Source of the DNA: Catajapyx aquilonaris
Taxonomy: Eukaryota
Length of the DNA stretch: 51,140 nucleotides
Assembly (NCBI GenBank): GCA_000934665.2
Contig: KZ538727.1
Location: 1 to 51,140, forward strand
Direction: 5' to 3'
Shown here: positions 49,920 through 51,140 of the stretch, in pieces
How positions within the stretch are numbered: position 1 is the first letter of the stretch
Layout of the letters: every line of letters starts with the position of its first letter
The notes under the pieces: model-generated
Database searches by the model: none
What the model saw: only the letters and a program-made list of their open reading frames with translations
What the model was told of the DNA's origin: nothing
Translations under genes and position numbers: made by a program

Positions 49920-50703
49920 TACGTAGATATACAGTAGTGTTCGGGTCCATAGCCAGCTACTCGGTGCATTGATTTCTAACTGCGACCTGCTTGTGGGCTG
50001 CGGAATCCGAACGGATGGATGCATACCCAGGCAGCATGGGCTTGCTTGTATCAGCCTCTCTTTGGAGCAGCAGCAGCAGCAGATTTCTAATTTGCATCAG
50101 CGCACGTGTTACTTCTCCGTACAAGCCCCAGCGCCAAATCCTTTAAGAGGAGAGAGAGAGAAGAAGCCTTGCGACATTTGGTTGGACCCGTCGGTCCGGA
50201 AATGTCTGTCTAAGCAGCAGGCTAGCTAGCGGCAAAAGGGGCCACACAGTGTCTCTCAAAGGGCGGCATTTCCCTTTGGCCAGTCTGACGTGCCGCTGCC
50301 CAAATCCCATGTGAAAAGAGAGGACTAGGGCTATTTAGAGAGAGAAGGGAACGAAGAGGGGAGAGGGGGAGGATGATATCGTTTCCAATCATGCGGCCTC
50401 CATTCAAACAAGTGCAATCCTAAATAGTCTTCTGAGCTGCTCAAAGACTCTCTATCTCTCTAGTAGGGTATGGCTCCAGGGAGGAAGTGGACTGGCATAA
50501 TGGGGGCCGCAGGAATCGCCAGACCCATCCAACTCCTGAAACTCGCATTGGAATGTGGCAGCAGGAACTAGTTGGCCCGACGAATATATCAGCTGCTTTA
50601 TCACTGTTGAAGAAGCCTGCAATTGCCAATAATCGTAAATTCAGAACGTCACTCGGTATTCAATTTTGCATATTATAACATATTATATTGCATATTATAT
50701 TCC

Positions 50704-51140
50704 ATGGTTACGCCTGGAACCTGCTGCGAGTGCCTGACCTTCGCTCCAGTTATTTTCCTTTTTGGTCGAGAAGAGATGATCGGGAGAACCGCAAGTCATA
50801 CTAATTTAAGTTCAGTTTCTCTCCTAGATTCTGGGAATGTTCGAAGTTTGGGGGTAGGTGGGGTGGGTAGTAAGAAAAGACTAAAAAACTCGGAGGTTCG
50901 ACTTTCCATTGTTAATGTAAGAGGGATTCATAATAAGTGTGATATTGTTAGGAAAGCATTTGTTGATGCTCGTTTAGATATAATGTGTTTGTCTGAGACC
51001 AAGATGAAGGGGTGTTCAGTGGGTGATTTCAATGGGCTAACATGTTTCTGGTCCGGTGTAGATGAAAGGGAGAGGGCTTGTGCAGGTGTTGGTATACTTA
51101 TAAGTCCTAAGCTGGTGCACTGTGTGAAAGGATATAGTCA
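50704..51140 (+). mobile_element. 5' part of a non-LTR retrotransposon (RTE-like LINE), APE endonuclease N-terminus; ORF runs off window
   Basis: Open frame (ATG at 50704 or 50776) reads ...RLSIVNVRGIHNK...LDIMCLSETKMKG...FWSGVDERERACAGVGILISPKL..., with APE motifs NVRG, DIxCLSETK and SGV...GVG. Confidence 0.88.

Overview
Repeat-rich eukaryotic genomic DNA, most likely from an arthropod (short TTAGG runs, insect-type Helitrons and SINE, arthropod-like protein motifs), with several assembly N-gaps beside poly-G/C runs. Almost all ORFs in the supplied track look spurious. Three coding signals are well supported. (1) A 48-nt + strand exon at 16364-16411, absent from the ORF track, encodes (G)SLSSWADWWTYDGIS(G), the N-terminal motif of invertebrate carbonic anhydrase-related proteins (CA10/CARP). 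This implies most or all of the window is very long intron of that gene. (2) A compact two-exon, divergent eIF2-beta gene (40184-41167, ~307 aa, only two lysine boxes) appears nested on the same strand in that intron. (3) The 5' end of an RTE-like LINE endonuclease ORF runs off the right edge. The rest is MITEs (some nested), non-autonomous Helitrons, a tRNA-derived SINE, a dispersed repeat carrying a CTCF-like motif, and about ten palindrome-rich minisatellite blocks. All family assignments are from motif recall, not database searches.
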